Shown here piece after piece: positions 53,008-62,471 of a stretch of DNA of 64,000 nt. Position 1 is the first letter of the stretch; every line of letters begins with the position of its first letter. This DNA comes from a virus (taxonomy: Duplodnaviria; Caudoviricetes). The notes under the pieces were generated by a model that saw only the letters and a program-made list of their open reading frames with translations, searched no databases and was not told the DNA's origin. The stretch covers positions 7,731-71,730 of the IMG/VR virus record IMGVR_UViG_3300049174_000047; one strand, 5' to 3'. Made by a program: the position numbers and the translations under genes.

Positions 53008-56000
53008 CCGCGCCCTCCGACTTCCGCACCGCCACCCAGACCCAACTGTGCTCGATCACCGCGGTGGACCTGTCCAATCCGGCCCGGCCGATGGCGCAGG
53101 GCTACATCCGGCAGGAGAGCTACATCCCCATCGACCTGCGCTACCACACGGGCGCGGTGCACGTCATCCCGGCCATCGGCGAGCAGTGGTACGTCAAGCG
53201 GCTGGGCCTGTGCTGGGTGCTGGACCGCAAGCTGCCCTTCAACACCGACGTACTGCTTAACGTCGCCGACAACCCGGTGCCCGGCCAGGTGCAGATCGGG
53301 TCCTCTGGCCCCCAAGCGGGGCCTCTGCAGCTGAGCGGCTCGTCGGTCAACGTCGGTGGCCCGCTGAGCTTCACCCCGGTGCCCGACGACCAGATGCCCG
53401 ACCCCACCACAGTCAAGCCCGGCACCATGATCTACAACGTCAGCCAGGGCCTGGTGGTCTCCGACGGCAGTGGCTGGGCCCCCGCCGGGAGCGGGGGCGG
53501 CCCGGACGTGGACAACTGGGACGACATCGTCCTGCCTCCCGACGGCGTTCCCCGTTCCGATCTGGACACCAGCACACGGGACTCCCTGGACAAGGCCGAC
53601 ACCGCGCTGCAGACCGTCCCGACCGACTCGGTGGGCACCACCCAGATTCAGGACGGCTCCATCACCATCTCCGACCTGGACCCGGCCACCATCAGTGCAC
53701 TCTCCGGTGGCATCAAGAGCTGGGACAGTAGTCACTGGAACTCCGGGTCGGTCACCGTCTACAACGGCAAGCTCTACCAGGCTCAGGCCGACATCCCCGC
53801 CGGGAGCGCACCGCCCGATGTCAACTCGAACTGGGTCCAGGTGGCGGGCAACAGCCTGCCCCCGGACGGCAACCCCGCCGACTACCTGGGCGGGGACGTG
53901 CTCTGGCACCCCCTGGACATCTCCTCGGTGGCAGGGCTGTCGGCCGCCCTGGCCGCGCTCTCGGCCGGGGGCGGCCTGCCGTTGACCACCAAGGGCGACA
54001 TCCTCACTCGCACCGCCACCGACCTGGTCCGCAAGGCGGTCGGCACCAACGGCTACGCGCTGCTGGCCGACGCCACCCAGACCGACGGGCTGCGCTGGGG
54101 GCAGATCGCCGCCAACAGCCTGCTGGGCATGCTGGACCCCAGCCAGGTCCCGAATCTGTCCGATCTGCTGGGCGGTGTGACCGCCGGGCAGTGCCCCCTG
54201 CTGTCCGATCTGCTGGGCGCTCTCAATCCCTCCCAGCTCTCGGGCGTCCTGACGCCCGGTCAGGTCCCGACGCTGAACAACCTGCTCGGTTCCCTGGTCC
54301 CCGGCCAGATCCTGGGCACCCTCTCCCCCTCCCAGGTGCCCATCCTGAGCGCACTCGGCGGGCTGCTGAACCCCTCCCAGCTCTCGGGTGTCCTTGGGGC
54401 CTCTCAGGTGCCCGCGCTCAGTGCGCTCACCGGCCTGCTCAACCCAACCCAGATCTTCGGTGCGTTGCTCCCCGCCCAGGTGCCCAACATCCAAGACCTG
54501 CTGGGTGCCCTGACCGCCGGGCAGATACCTAACCTGCCCGCCAGCATCATCAACGCGGGCACCTTCGACCCGACCCGTATCCCGCTGCTGAGCAACCTGC
54601 TCGGTTCCGTGACTGCCGGGCAGGTCCCGGCTCTGAGCGCCCTGTCGGGCCTGCTCAACCCGTCGCAGCTCAACGGTGCGCTCGGGGCCAGTCAGGTCCC
54701 GGCGCTGTCCGCGTTGACCGGCCTGCTGAATCCATCGCAGATCTTCGGTACGCTACTTCCGGCCCAGGTGCCCGGCTTGTCCAGCTTGACTGGCCTCCTT
54801 AACCCAGGCCAGATCACGGGCACCTTGGCCGCAGGTCAGGTCCCCACGCTGCAGAATCTGCTGGGCACCCTGACGGCCGGGCAGCTCGGCCCACTGCCCG
54901 CGGCCCAGATCACCTCGGGCCAGTTCCCCCAGTCGATGATCACCAACCTGATCACCGACCTCGGCGGCAAGGCACTGGGCACCGACCTCACCAGCCTGAT
55001 GAGCACGCTGGGCCTGGGCACGGCCACCAACACCGCCATCACCAACCGCTTCGCCAACATCAACGCCAGTGGCCTGCTGGCCCTGGTGGGCCTGGCCCCC
55101 GGCGCACTACCCTCCGGGATCACCCTGCCGGGTGGTCAGCTCACCGGGTCGGTTGCCGCGGCGCTGATCTCGGGCGTGCTGGGTGGGGCCAACATCCCCA
55201 GCCTGCCGCCCGGCCAGATCGTCGGGCCCGGCACCTTCGCGCAGGGGCTGATCCCCAGCCTGACGGGTGGCTGGGGCGGCACCATCGCGGGCTCGCTGCT
55301 CACCGGATCGGTTGCGAGCACCCTGCTCTCGGGCGTACTCAACCAGACCCTGATTCCCAGCCTGACCTCAGGGTGGGGCGGCACCATCGCCGGGTCATTG
55401 CTATCCGGCAACGTGGCAGCGTCTTTGATCAACGGTGCATTGACTGGTGCCACCATCGCGGGCTCGGCCCTGACGAGCGCGATCACCGCGGCCAACGTCC
55501 CGTCGCTGCCAGCTGGCTGGGGCAAGACCATCGACGGCTCCCTATTGGGCGGCTCAGTTCTCGGCTCGCTGATCTCCGGGGCCCTGTCGGGGGCCACGCT
55601 GGCGGCCTCGGCGCTGACGGCCGGGGCGATCCCCGCGGGCATCACGCTGCCGGGCTCGCAGTTATCCAGTGCCATCTCGGCCGCCAATGTCCCGGCACTG
55701 CCCGCCGGGTGGGGCAAGACGATTGACGGCAGTCTGCTGGGTGGCTCGGTGGCGGGCAGTCTGATCTCCGGGCTGCTGAACGCCAGCACCCTGCCCAGCC
55801 TCCCGGCCGGGTGGGGCAAGACCATCGACGCCAGCCTGATCATCAACGCGCTACTCCCGGCCAACATCCCGACCATCGACGCCTCCAAGGTGGTCGGCGG
55901 GATCTTCAACATCAACCAGATCCCGCAGACCCAGCTCGCCCTGGACGCCAGCCAGATCGTGTCCGGGGAGTTGGCCCGCTGGCTGATGCCCCTGGTGCCG

Positions 56001-58103
56001 GTGTCCTCCATCGGCAATGTCAGCCCCGAGCTGCTGGCCAACCCGAATTACGCCACCGCCGCCTCGGTTTCGGGCGCGGGCACCTGGACCTGGCTGGCCA
56101 CCCCCGACCACACCGGGGACGGCTCGGGCTGTGTCTCGGCCACCTGCAACGGCACGCTCAAGCAGTTGATGAGCGACCCGGACATCTCGGTGGCCGACGG
56201 CCAGGTGCTCAACTGCAGCCACTGGCTGCAGTGGTCCGGTGTCACCGGCTCGGGCGCGTGCTTCAAGCTCCAAGTCATCGCCTACCAGGGCACCGCCCTC
56301 TACAACACTACCGACCTGCAGACCATCTCCAACCCGGCGGCAAGCTCTGGCTGGCAACAGCTTTCGGGAACCTACTCGGTGCCCGCGGGGGCCGGTGTCA
56401 CCAGCATCCGGCTGGCCATCTGCATCACCGCTGCCGCCACCGCGGGGACCACCTACTGGGACGACGGCAGCGTCAAGAAGAGCCAGCTGATGCTGCCCGA
56501 CTGGGTCAACGGGCTGGTGGGATTCCAGAACAACACCAACACCCAGGTGGCCGCCCGCGCCCTGCAGACCGATGTCATGTCCCTGGTCAACAACCTCGGT
56601 TTGGGCAGTTTCGCAAGCGTGAGTGCTGGGCTCACGCCGATCACCAACCGGATGCAGAACCTCAACGCTTCCGGGCAGCTCCCCGGCAGTGCACTCATCG
56701 GATCAGTGGCGTCCACCCTGATCTCGGGCGTGTTGGGCATCGGAAACATCCCCACCAGCCAGCTCACCAAGGGCAACATCTCCGACCTACAGCTCATCAC
56801 CGACCAGCTCACCAATGGGCTGATCGGTGCTGGCAGCCAGTACAACTCGACCGCCATTCCGGTGGCGGGCAGTGCGAGCGCACGCGGGTCGATTGACCGT
56901 ATCTTCCAGCAGGTCTCCGACAACGTGTCGATGGTCCAGGCCATGCAGGTTGCGAACCAGCAGACCCAGCAGACGGCGGGCGTCAGCATCACCGTCGATT
57001 TCTCCACCGTGCCTGATGGTCCCGCACCTTCACAGTGGACGGTCACCTACAGCGGCTCGGGCACCTCGGTGGCTGGGGTCAAGGGCGGCATCGCCGGGTG
57101 GACGACGCTGAACAACGACGGCAACCGCACGGCGATCTGGCGCTACAACGTGCAGCCCACTGCGACCGACTGGCAGCAGATCTCCGGTTCGATGCAGGCC
57201 CCGCCAGCACAGGCATCGGGCAGCAGTGCCGCGCCCCGGCTGTACGCCATGGGCCGGGTCAACTCGACCTCCACCGACTATGTCTGGGCGCGAGGTTATT
57301 GCACGGGATTCCTTTCCTACGCCGCTGATCTGGGCTACACCAAGGCTGGCGTGGACACCGTCTGGGTCAGCGGCATCAACTTCGGGTGGAACCTGTCCAT
57401 CTCCATGCGCTGCGGGGCCAACAACAACGCCCGCGAGTATCAGGTGTTCGCCGGGACGACGTTGGTCAAGGACTACGTCGAGGTCGGCACCAACTCCATG
57501 ATGGACTCCTCGCACCGCTACTGGGGTTGCCGTTCAGAAATGACATCCGGCTCGGGTGGCGCATTAGATCCCGGTGGAATTGCTTCCGGCACTTGCTTCG
57601 ACAACATGCCGCCATCCTCGCTTGGCTCGACGTTCCGCGCTTCGCGGGCCAACACCGCCACCGTGAGTGTCGCCGGAACCGGCCAGCAGTTCTTGCCCGG
57701 TAGTTTCTTCGACACCGTGGAACGTATTACGGGCGACTACAGCTGGGATGCTGTGACAGCGGGTGGGGTACTCACGTTCCAAACCGAGGGCACCTTCTTG
57801 GTCAACATCGGGTATGGCCTGAACAACCTGCCCGGCAACAGCAAGCTCGACATCGCCATCATCGTCCAGTACGCCAGTGGCGGTGGGGCAACCTTGATTC
57901 GCCGCTGCGGCAGTACCTTTGCCGACTCCTATGCCGCCAACTCTGCGTACAACGCGACCGGCTGTGCGCTGATCTATTTCAAACCCGGCGACAGGATGGC
58001 CGTCGGGACCATCGCCACCAGTGGCAGCACCAGCTTGGTCGGCTCGACCGACCAGGCCCGGTCCTTCCTTGAGGTGGCCCTAGTGAACAGGAGTCTTGGA
58101 TGA
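53004..58103 (+). CDS. Spike/long tail fibre protein with CBM-like domains and internal repeats
   Basis: gpV-like N-terminus (P.IGEQWYV), chitin-binding-like W...G..V.YNGKLY.A..., LPLTTKGD motif, repeat stalk, ELLANP...W.W CBM-like domain, C-terminal beta-sandwich. Confidence 0.75.
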   Translation: MTAPSDFRTATQTQLCSITAVDLSNPARPMAQGYIRQESYIPIDLRYHTGAVHVIPAIGEQWYVKRLGLCWVLDRKLPFNTDVLLNVADNPVPGQVQIGSSGPQAGPLQLSGSSVNVGGPLSFTPVPDDQMPDPTTVKPGTMIYNVSQGLVVSDGSGWAPAGSGGGPDVDNWDDIVLPPDGVPRSDLDTSTRDSLDKADTALQTVPTDSVGTTQIQDGSITISDLDPATISALSGGIKSWDSSHWNSGSVTVYNGKLYQAQADIPAGSAPPDVNSNWVQVAGNSLPPDGNPADYLGGDVLWHPLDISSVAGLSAALAALSAGGGLPLTTKGDILTRTATDLVRKAVGTNGYALLADATQTDGLRWGQIAANSLLGMLDPSQVPNLSDLLGGVTAGQCPLLSDLLGALNPSQLSGVLTPGQVPTLNNLLGSLVPGQILGTLSPSQVPILSALGGLLNPSQLSGVLGASQVPALSALTGLLNPTQIFGALLPAQVPNIQDLLGALTAGQIPNLPASIINAGTFDPTRIPLLSNLLGSVTAGQVPALSALSGLLNPSQLNGALGASQVPALSALTGLLNPSQIFGTLLPAQVPGLSSLTGLLNPGQITGTLAAGQVPTLQNLLGTLTAGQLGPLPAAQITSGQFPQSMITNLITDLGGKALGTDLTSLMSTLGLGTATNTAITNRFANINASGLLALVGLAPGALPSGITLPGGQLTGSVAAALISGVLGGANIPSLPPGQIVGPGTFAQGLIPSLTGGWGGTIAGSLLTGSVASTLLSGVLNQTLIPSLTSGWGGTIAGSLLSGNVAASLINGALTGATIAGSALTSAITAANVPSLPAGWGKTIDGSLLGGSVLGSLISGALSGATLAASALTAGAIPAGITLPGSQLSSAISAANVPALPAGWGKTIDGSLLGGSVAGSLISGLLNASTLPSLPAGWGKTIDASLIINALLPANIPTIDASKVVGGIFNINQIPQTQLALDASQIVSGELARWLMPLVPVSSIGNVSPELLANPNYATAASVSGAGTWTWLATPDHTGDGSGCVSATCNGTLKQLMSDPDISVADGQVLNCSHWLQWSGVTGSGACFKLQVIAYQGTALYNTTDLQTISNPAASSGWQQLSGTYSVPAGAGVTSIRLAICITAAATAGTTYWDDGSVKKSQLMLPDWVNGLVGFQNNTNTQVAARALQTDVMSLVNNLGLGSFASVSAGLTPITNRMQNLNASGQLPGSALIGSVASTLISGVLGIGNIPTSQLTKGNISDLQLITDQLTNGLIGAGSQYNSTAIPVAGSASARGSIDRIFQQVSDNVSMVQAMQVANQQTQQTAGVSITVDFSTVPDGPAPSQWTVTYSGSGTSVAGVKGGIAGWTTLNNDGNRTAIWRYNVQPTATDWQQISGSMQAPPAQASGSSAAPRLYAMGRVNSTSTDYVWARGYCTGFLSYAADLGYTKAGVDTVWVSGINFGWNLSISMRCGANNNAREYQVFAGTTLVKDYVEVGTNSMMDSSHRYWGCRSEMTSGSGGALDPGGIASGTCFDNMPPSSLGSTFRASRANTATVSVAGTGQQFLPGSFFDTVERITGDYSWDAVTAGGVLTFQTEGTFLVNIGYGLNNLPGNSKLDIAIIVQYASGGGATLIRRCGSTFADSYAANSAYNATGCALIYFKPGDRMAVGTIATSGSTSLVGSTDQARSFLEVALVNRSLG
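54120..54930 (+). repeat. Coding 24-aa (72-nt) degenerate tandem repeats L.GLLNP.Q(L/I).G.L...QVP.L
   Basis: About 9-10 units visible in the translation, including a higher-order two-unit duplication. Confidence 0.85.
55240..55860 (+). repeat. Coding repeats P.L..GWG.TI.GSL (5 copies)
   Basis: IPSLTGGWGGTIAGSL, IPSLTSGWGGTIAGSL, VPSLPAGWGKTIDGSL, VPALPAGWGKTIDGSL, LPSLPAGWGKTIDASL. Confidence 0.9.
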
Positions 58104-58387
58104 TCGACCTCCCCGAACGTGGTGAGCTGGAACAGATTGCAGCATTGGCGAGTAAATCCGGCGAGCAGCATGAGCTGACGGCCAACGACGTGGCTGTGGT
58201 GCTGCAGGCCTACATCAATATCCATCAGGGTGACCCGATCACGACATTGCTGCGCAACCCGGAGACCGGAGAGATCGCACACCGGGTCGCCGAGGGTGGC
58301 GTGCACATGTGGCGTGTGAGCGGGCCTGACGGCAGCCAGTACAACGACCTAGAGCCCACTCTGCCCGGCTGGGAAAAGATCGGGTAG
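58100..58387 (+). CDS. Small tail-fibre-associated protein
   Basis: ATGA overlap; LLRNPETGEIAHRV...W motif. Confidence 0.65.
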   Translation: MIDLPERGELEQIAALASKSGEQHELTANDVAVVLQAYINIHQGDPITTLLRNPETGEIAHRVAEGGVHMWRVSGPDGSQYNDLEPTLPGWEKIG

Positions 58388-58389
58388 GT

Positions 58390-60981
58390 GTGTGGGTCAC
58401 CACGCCGTCGGGTAAGACCACCAGGCCGGTAACGGGCTGGGCGGTAGCTCCGAGCACGGGTGGTGAGCCTCCTGTACACGGTTGGACCACACCGGCTTTC
58501 GCGTTCTTCGGTGCGGAGGGTACCTTCGCGGCGTCGGTGTTCGCCAAGCCCGCCTACAACGTGCCGTTCTCTGCGACGGGCACCTTCGCGGCATCGCTGT
58601 TCGCCAGGTACAACTACTCGGTGCCGTTCTCGGCCGTCGGCACGATGGCGGCGAGCGTAACCCCAATTGTCCCAGCGCCTTTCGGTGCTGTCGGCACCTT
58701 CTCGGCGGGCATGATCCCCGGCCAGGCCATCTTCCCAAACTTCTCCGCGTCCGGTGCCATGGCCGCCAATGTGTCCCCGGTGGTTCCATCGGCGTTCTTG
58801 GGCTTGGGGACGATGGCCGCGACCGTTCAGCCGGTGGTCCCGCCCGCCTTCGGCGGGGCGGGGACCATGAGTGCCCTTGTCGCTCAGGCGATGGGCAACC
58901 TCACCGATGACTTTCAGACCCAGGACACCGTCAAGTGGAACTGGTCCTCGGCCAAGTGCTCGATCACCCCGGAGCAGCGTCTGCAGATCATCCCCGGCAC
59001 CGGGGTCAACGAGTACATCGGCAGCGCCCTGAACTACTCGCTGATCGGCCAGCAGGTCGAGGTCTGCATGTTCCAGGTGCCCGAGCAAGGCGGTGGCACC
59101 CTCGGCCAAACCCTTTCGCTGTTGGGGGCTTTCGACTCGAACGGCTACGGCTGGTCGATGTGGGAGGCCAACAACACCCTGGTCCTTCGGTACAACGGCA
59201 GCGCCGGGCTGAACGATGCGTCCGTCGCTTTCAACGCCACCAACCACAAGTTCTGGCGCATCAGGGAATCCGGCGGCAACATCTTCTACGACACGGCTCC
59301 CGACGGTGTGACGTGGACGAATCAGCGGACACTGGCGGTCAACCCCGAAGTCAACATCAATGCGCTGCAGGCTCAGTTGCTCGGGTACTGGACCGGCTCG
59401 GGATCGCCGGGCGTGGCGATCTTCGACAACTTCAACCTGCCGATCCTGACGAAGTTCATCACCGCGAGCTTCAGCGCCAGCGGCTCGATGTCAGGGCTGA
59501 CATTCGTGCCGTTTACCGAAACGAACACGGCACGCACCAATCAGGCTGTGCCAGCGAACATTCCGTCCAGTGGTGGTGCTTACGTCACCCTCATCGGCGC
59601 AGGCGGCGGTGGTGGTCGAGGTGGCGGCGGTACGTTCTCCAATGAGTGCGGCGGCGGCGGTGGTGGCGGGGCCGCGATCATCCCCCGTGTGCTGGTGCCT
59701 ATTTCGTCCCTCGGAGCCACCTACAGCGTCACTGTGCCGAGCGCAACAGCGCAGCAGACAGCCGGGGCGTCGGCGGTATTCAGTAGTGGTTCGGTGTCGA
59801 TGACCGCAGGAGGAGGCGGTCGAGGTGCGGACGGCACTACCACTGTCCAGGGTGCCGCGGGAAGTGGTGGCACCGCGACGATCAGTGGTGTCTCCGCGAC
59901 CAACATCCCAGGTGGTGCCGGTGGCATAGGTGGTTTCAACTCCGGTCCCGCACCGCCCGCTGCTGCGAATCAAACGACTGCCTGTCCAGGCGGTGGCGGC
60001 GGTGGTGGCCGGTCCAGCCTTGGGACGGCATATGCGAGTGGCAAGGGTGGGAACTCGAACTTCGCCACAGGTGGCGCGTCAAGCAGTGGCAGTGGTGCAG
60101 CGGGAGGCAGTGGTGGCACAGGCAATCCAGGCGGCGGTGGTGCCGGTGGCGCTGGTGGTAACGGCAATAGTTATACGGGTGGCTCAGGAGGCACCTACGG
60201 CGCTGGTGGTGGTGGGTCCGGTGGTGACAACTCGGGTGCTGCAGGCAACGCTGGCGGTGGTGCAGCTGGGTACACCCTGATCGAGTGGGTGCCGGGTGTT
60301 GTCGTCCCGCCGCTGCAGGTGTACTTCGACTCTCTCGGCACGGGGGTGCTCGGCAACAACACCAATGGCCTATCTTCGTGGAGCTACAACCACGCCATCG
60401 GCTCGGCAGCGCAGGCGATCCTCATTGGAGTCTCGTTCTCGGCCAACACCTCGTCAGGCCCGGCGATCTCGGTGACCGTTGGCGGGGTGGCGGCTACCCT
60501 GCTCGCGCAGATTCCCGTCTACAGCGCCTATTACACCGCCTACGGCACTCTTCAGTTGTGGGGGCTGCTCAACCCGCCCACCGGCAACCAGACCATCGCG
60601 ATCACCAGCAGCATCACAGGATTCCTGGCCGCTAATTCGGTCGCCTACCGCAAGGTCTCGACATTCCGGGCGGCGGCCACTAACACGGGTGGCACGGTGA
60701 CCTCGGTCTCGGTGACCGAGACATCGGCAGCCACCGACATGACGGTCGCGATATTCCAGCACATGGCAGGCAGCATGACGCAGGGCCAGGGTTCGGGCTG
60801 GGGGAGCTGGACCGGCAACGGGCGCGTCAATGTTCCGTTCAGCTCGTACTACTACCCGTCGCTGCTGATGGCCGACCAGCCTGGTGCTGCGCCCAACGTC
60901 ACCTCGACCGCCTCTATCGCCGGGGGCACATCTGCAGGCATGGCCGCGATTGCCGTCGATCTCATCGTGTCCGCGTCGTGA
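58390..60981 (+). CDS. Minor tail protein with F.A.GT(F/M).A repeats, lectin-like and Gly-rich domains
   Basis: Repeated FSA.GT.AA units, H.FWRIRESGG....DT.PDG..W domain, GAGGGGG tracts; start uncertain. Confidence 0.75.
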   Translation: MWVTTPSGKTTRPVTGWAVAPSTGGEPPVHGWTTPAFAFFGAEGTFAASVFAKPAYNVPFSATGTFAASLFARYNYSVPFSAVGTMAASVTPIVPAPFGAVGTFSAGMIPGQAIFPNFSASGAMAANVSPVVPSAFLGLGTMAATVQPVVPPAFGGAGTMSALVAQAMGNLTDDFQTQDTVKWNWSSAKCSITPEQRLQIIPGTGVNEYIGSALNYSLIGQQVEVCMFQVPEQGGGTLGQTLSLLGAFDSNGYGWSMWEANNTLVLRYNGSAGLNDASVAFNATNHKFWRIRESGGNIFYDTAPDGVTWTNQRTLAVNPEVNINALQAQLLGYWTGSGSPGVAIFDNFNLPILTKFITASFSASGSMSGLTFVPFTETNTARTNQAVPANIPSSGGAYVTLIGAGGGGGRGGGGTFSNECGGGGGGGAAIIPRVLVPISSLGATYSVTVPSATAQQTAGASAVFSSGSVSMTAGGGGRGADGTTTVQGAAGSGGTATISGVSATNIPGGAGGIGGFNSGPAPPAAANQTTACPGGGGGGGRSSLGTAYASGKGGNSNFATGGASSSGSGAAGGSGGTGNPGGGGAGGAGGNGNSYTGGSGGTYGAGGGGSGGDNSGAAGNAGGGAAGYTLIEWVPGVVVPPLQVYFDSLGTGVLGNNTNGLSSWSYNHAIGSAAQAILIGVSFSANTSSGPAISVTVGGVAATLLAQIPVYSAYYTAYGTLQLWGLLNPPTGNQTIAITSSITGFLAANSVAYRKVSTFRAAATNTGGTVTSVSVTETSAATDMTVAIFQHMAGSMTQGQGSGWGSWTGNGRVNVPFSSYYYPSLLMADQPGAAPNVTSTASIAGGTSAGMAAIAVDLIVSAS

Positions 60982-60994
60982 TTGGAGATTGCCA

Positions 60995-61031
60995 CATGTA
61001 AACGACCCCGCCAGCCAACAAGAAGAAGCAG
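60995..61031 (+). promoter_or_regulatory. Putative phage late promoter
   Basis: CATGTA-N21-GAAGAAGCAG; CCAGCCAACAAGAAGAAGCAGA matches 11455-11476 at 21 of 22 positions. Confidence 0.7.
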
Positions 61032-61056
61032 AGGAATCCATCAAAAGGAGGCCGAC

Positions 61057-61401
61057 ATGGCCGTAGCCGTCGCGGCGAGTCGCCAGACCGTCGCCAATGC
61101 CTGGGCCGGGCTTGGCACCTACATCGGTGTCTGCACGGGCGACCCCGGCACCACTGCCACCCCGAGCAATGAAACCTCGGGCGGTGGCTATACCCGCATC
61201 GCCACCACCTGGACTCCGGGGTCCACCGGCACCGAGTCCGGGTCGGCCGTCACCGTGTCGGTCCCGGCCGGAACCTTCACCTACGTTCTGCTCGCCTCGG
61301 CCGTGAGCGGAAACAACATGGTGGACAAGGCATCTGTGAGCAGCACGGGCATGGGCTCGCCCGGCCAGCTCGTCATCACACCGAGCTTCACACTCACATG
61401 A
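61057..61401 (+). CDS. Small minor tail/structural protein
   Basis: RBS AAAAGGAGG; TGDPGTT...E.SGGGY.R....W motif. Confidence 0.75.
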   Translation: MAVAVAASRQTVANAWAGLGTYIGVCTGDPGTTATPSNETSGGGYTRIATTWTPGSTGTESGSAVTVSVPAGTFTYVLLASAVSGNNMVDKASVSSTGMGSPGQLVITPSFTLT

Positions 61402-61757
61402 CCGAAGCCCCGATGGGTGCCATCGGCACCATGGAAGCCATCGTCTGGCCCACCTATGCAGGCGCGGTCAATGACCGTGGCGACGAGCCTATGTTCGACA
61501 TCGGCTATTCGCGGGGCCAGATCACCTGGGGGCTCAACGACAAGGGCGTCATCGAGGGACACACCACCATCGACGTGCCGCCGGGTACCTGGACCCACAT
61601 CATCTACTGCCGCAACGCCTTCAGCCCCGGCTTCGTCACGGCTCAGAAGCTGAGCCACCCGCTGGTGATCCATCCCCCCGACGATCACATCGACCTGTTC
61701 GGCATCAACGAGGACGACATCAAGCCGTTCACCCCCGACCCTGTTCTGCACGACTGA
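61398..61757 (+). CDS. Hypothetical tail-region protein
   Basis: ATGA overlap; Y.RGQI.W motif. Confidence 0.7.
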   Translation: MTEAPMGAIGTMEAIVWPTYAGAVNDRGDEPMFDIGYSRGQITWGLNDKGVIEGHTTIDVPPGTWTHIIYCRNAFSPGFVTAQKLSHPLVIHPPDDHIDLFGINEDDIKPFTPDPVLHD

Positions 61758-61767
61758 GGAGAACCCC

Positions 61768-62052
61768 ATGGCAACCGCCAAGTCAAAGACCGCCACCGCC
61801 ACTCCCGAGCCCGTCCCCGTCGAGGAGCCGGTGCCGGTGGCCCCGGCGGGGGCCACCCCGGCCCGCTATACCCCCGGCATGCTCAAGCAGGACCCGGAGA
61901 CCATGCAGGTGGCGATCCGCACCACCATCCCGCATCCCGAGGGCGACCACGACTGGGGCATCATGAGCCTCGACCGCGGCGGCTGGTATCTGTCCTACGC
62001 CAAGGTGGAGAGCTGGATCGACATCCCCAACACCCCGGTGAGCGGAGGCTGA
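61768..62052 (+). CDS. Small tail-region protein
   Basis: RBS GAGGAG; MLKQDPETMQVAIRT...W motif. Confidence 0.7.
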   Translation: MATAKSKTATATPEPVPVEEPVPVAPAGATPARYTPGMLKQDPETMQVAIRTTIPHPEGDHDWGIMSLDRGGWYLSYAKVESWIDIPNTPVSGG

Positions 62053-62053
62053 G

Positions 62054-62470
62054 ATGTCCTTCTCGCTGAGAGTGGCCAACGGCGACCTGGTGCTGCAGGG
62101 CAGTGCGCTGGCCATCGTCTATGGCACCGACAAGCTCATCCAAGACCTCACGCTGTGGATGACCGAGCGCTACGGCATCGACCGCTTCCATCCCGGCATG
62201 GGGAGCAACTTCCAGAACTTCATTGGCGGCATCATCAGCTACTCCACCCAGTCGGTGATCTACGGCGAGGCGATGCGGATTCTGGACAACTACCAGCGGG
62301 TGACCTTCGCCGGGCTGAAGAACAATCCCACCCTCTACAGCCTCGATGAGCTGTTGTGGAACATCAACAACGTCAACGTCGGCGTGGGCTACGACCAGGT
62401 CAATGTGGCCGTGGACGTGGCCAACGCCGTGCGCCAGCCCGTCCGCGTCGGTATCGCGCAAGGAGCCTGA
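62054..62470 (+). CDS. Baseplate wedge protein (T4 gp25-like)
   Basis: GDL.......V.GTDKLIQDL...M.E.YG.DRFHP..GS....IG. Confidence 0.85.
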   Translation: MSFSLRVANGDLVLQGSALAIVYGTDKLIQDLTLWMTERYGIDRFHPGMGSNFQNFIGGIISYSTQSVIYGEAMRILDNYQRVTFAGLKNNPTLYSLDELLWNINNVNVGVGYDQVNVAVDVANAVRQPVRVGIAQGA

Positions 62471-62471
62471 C

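Noticed and set aside
53004-60981. Diversity-generating retroelement acting on the fibre genes
   Set aside because: No reverse transcriptase and no TR/VR pair with adenine-only mismatches seen in the window
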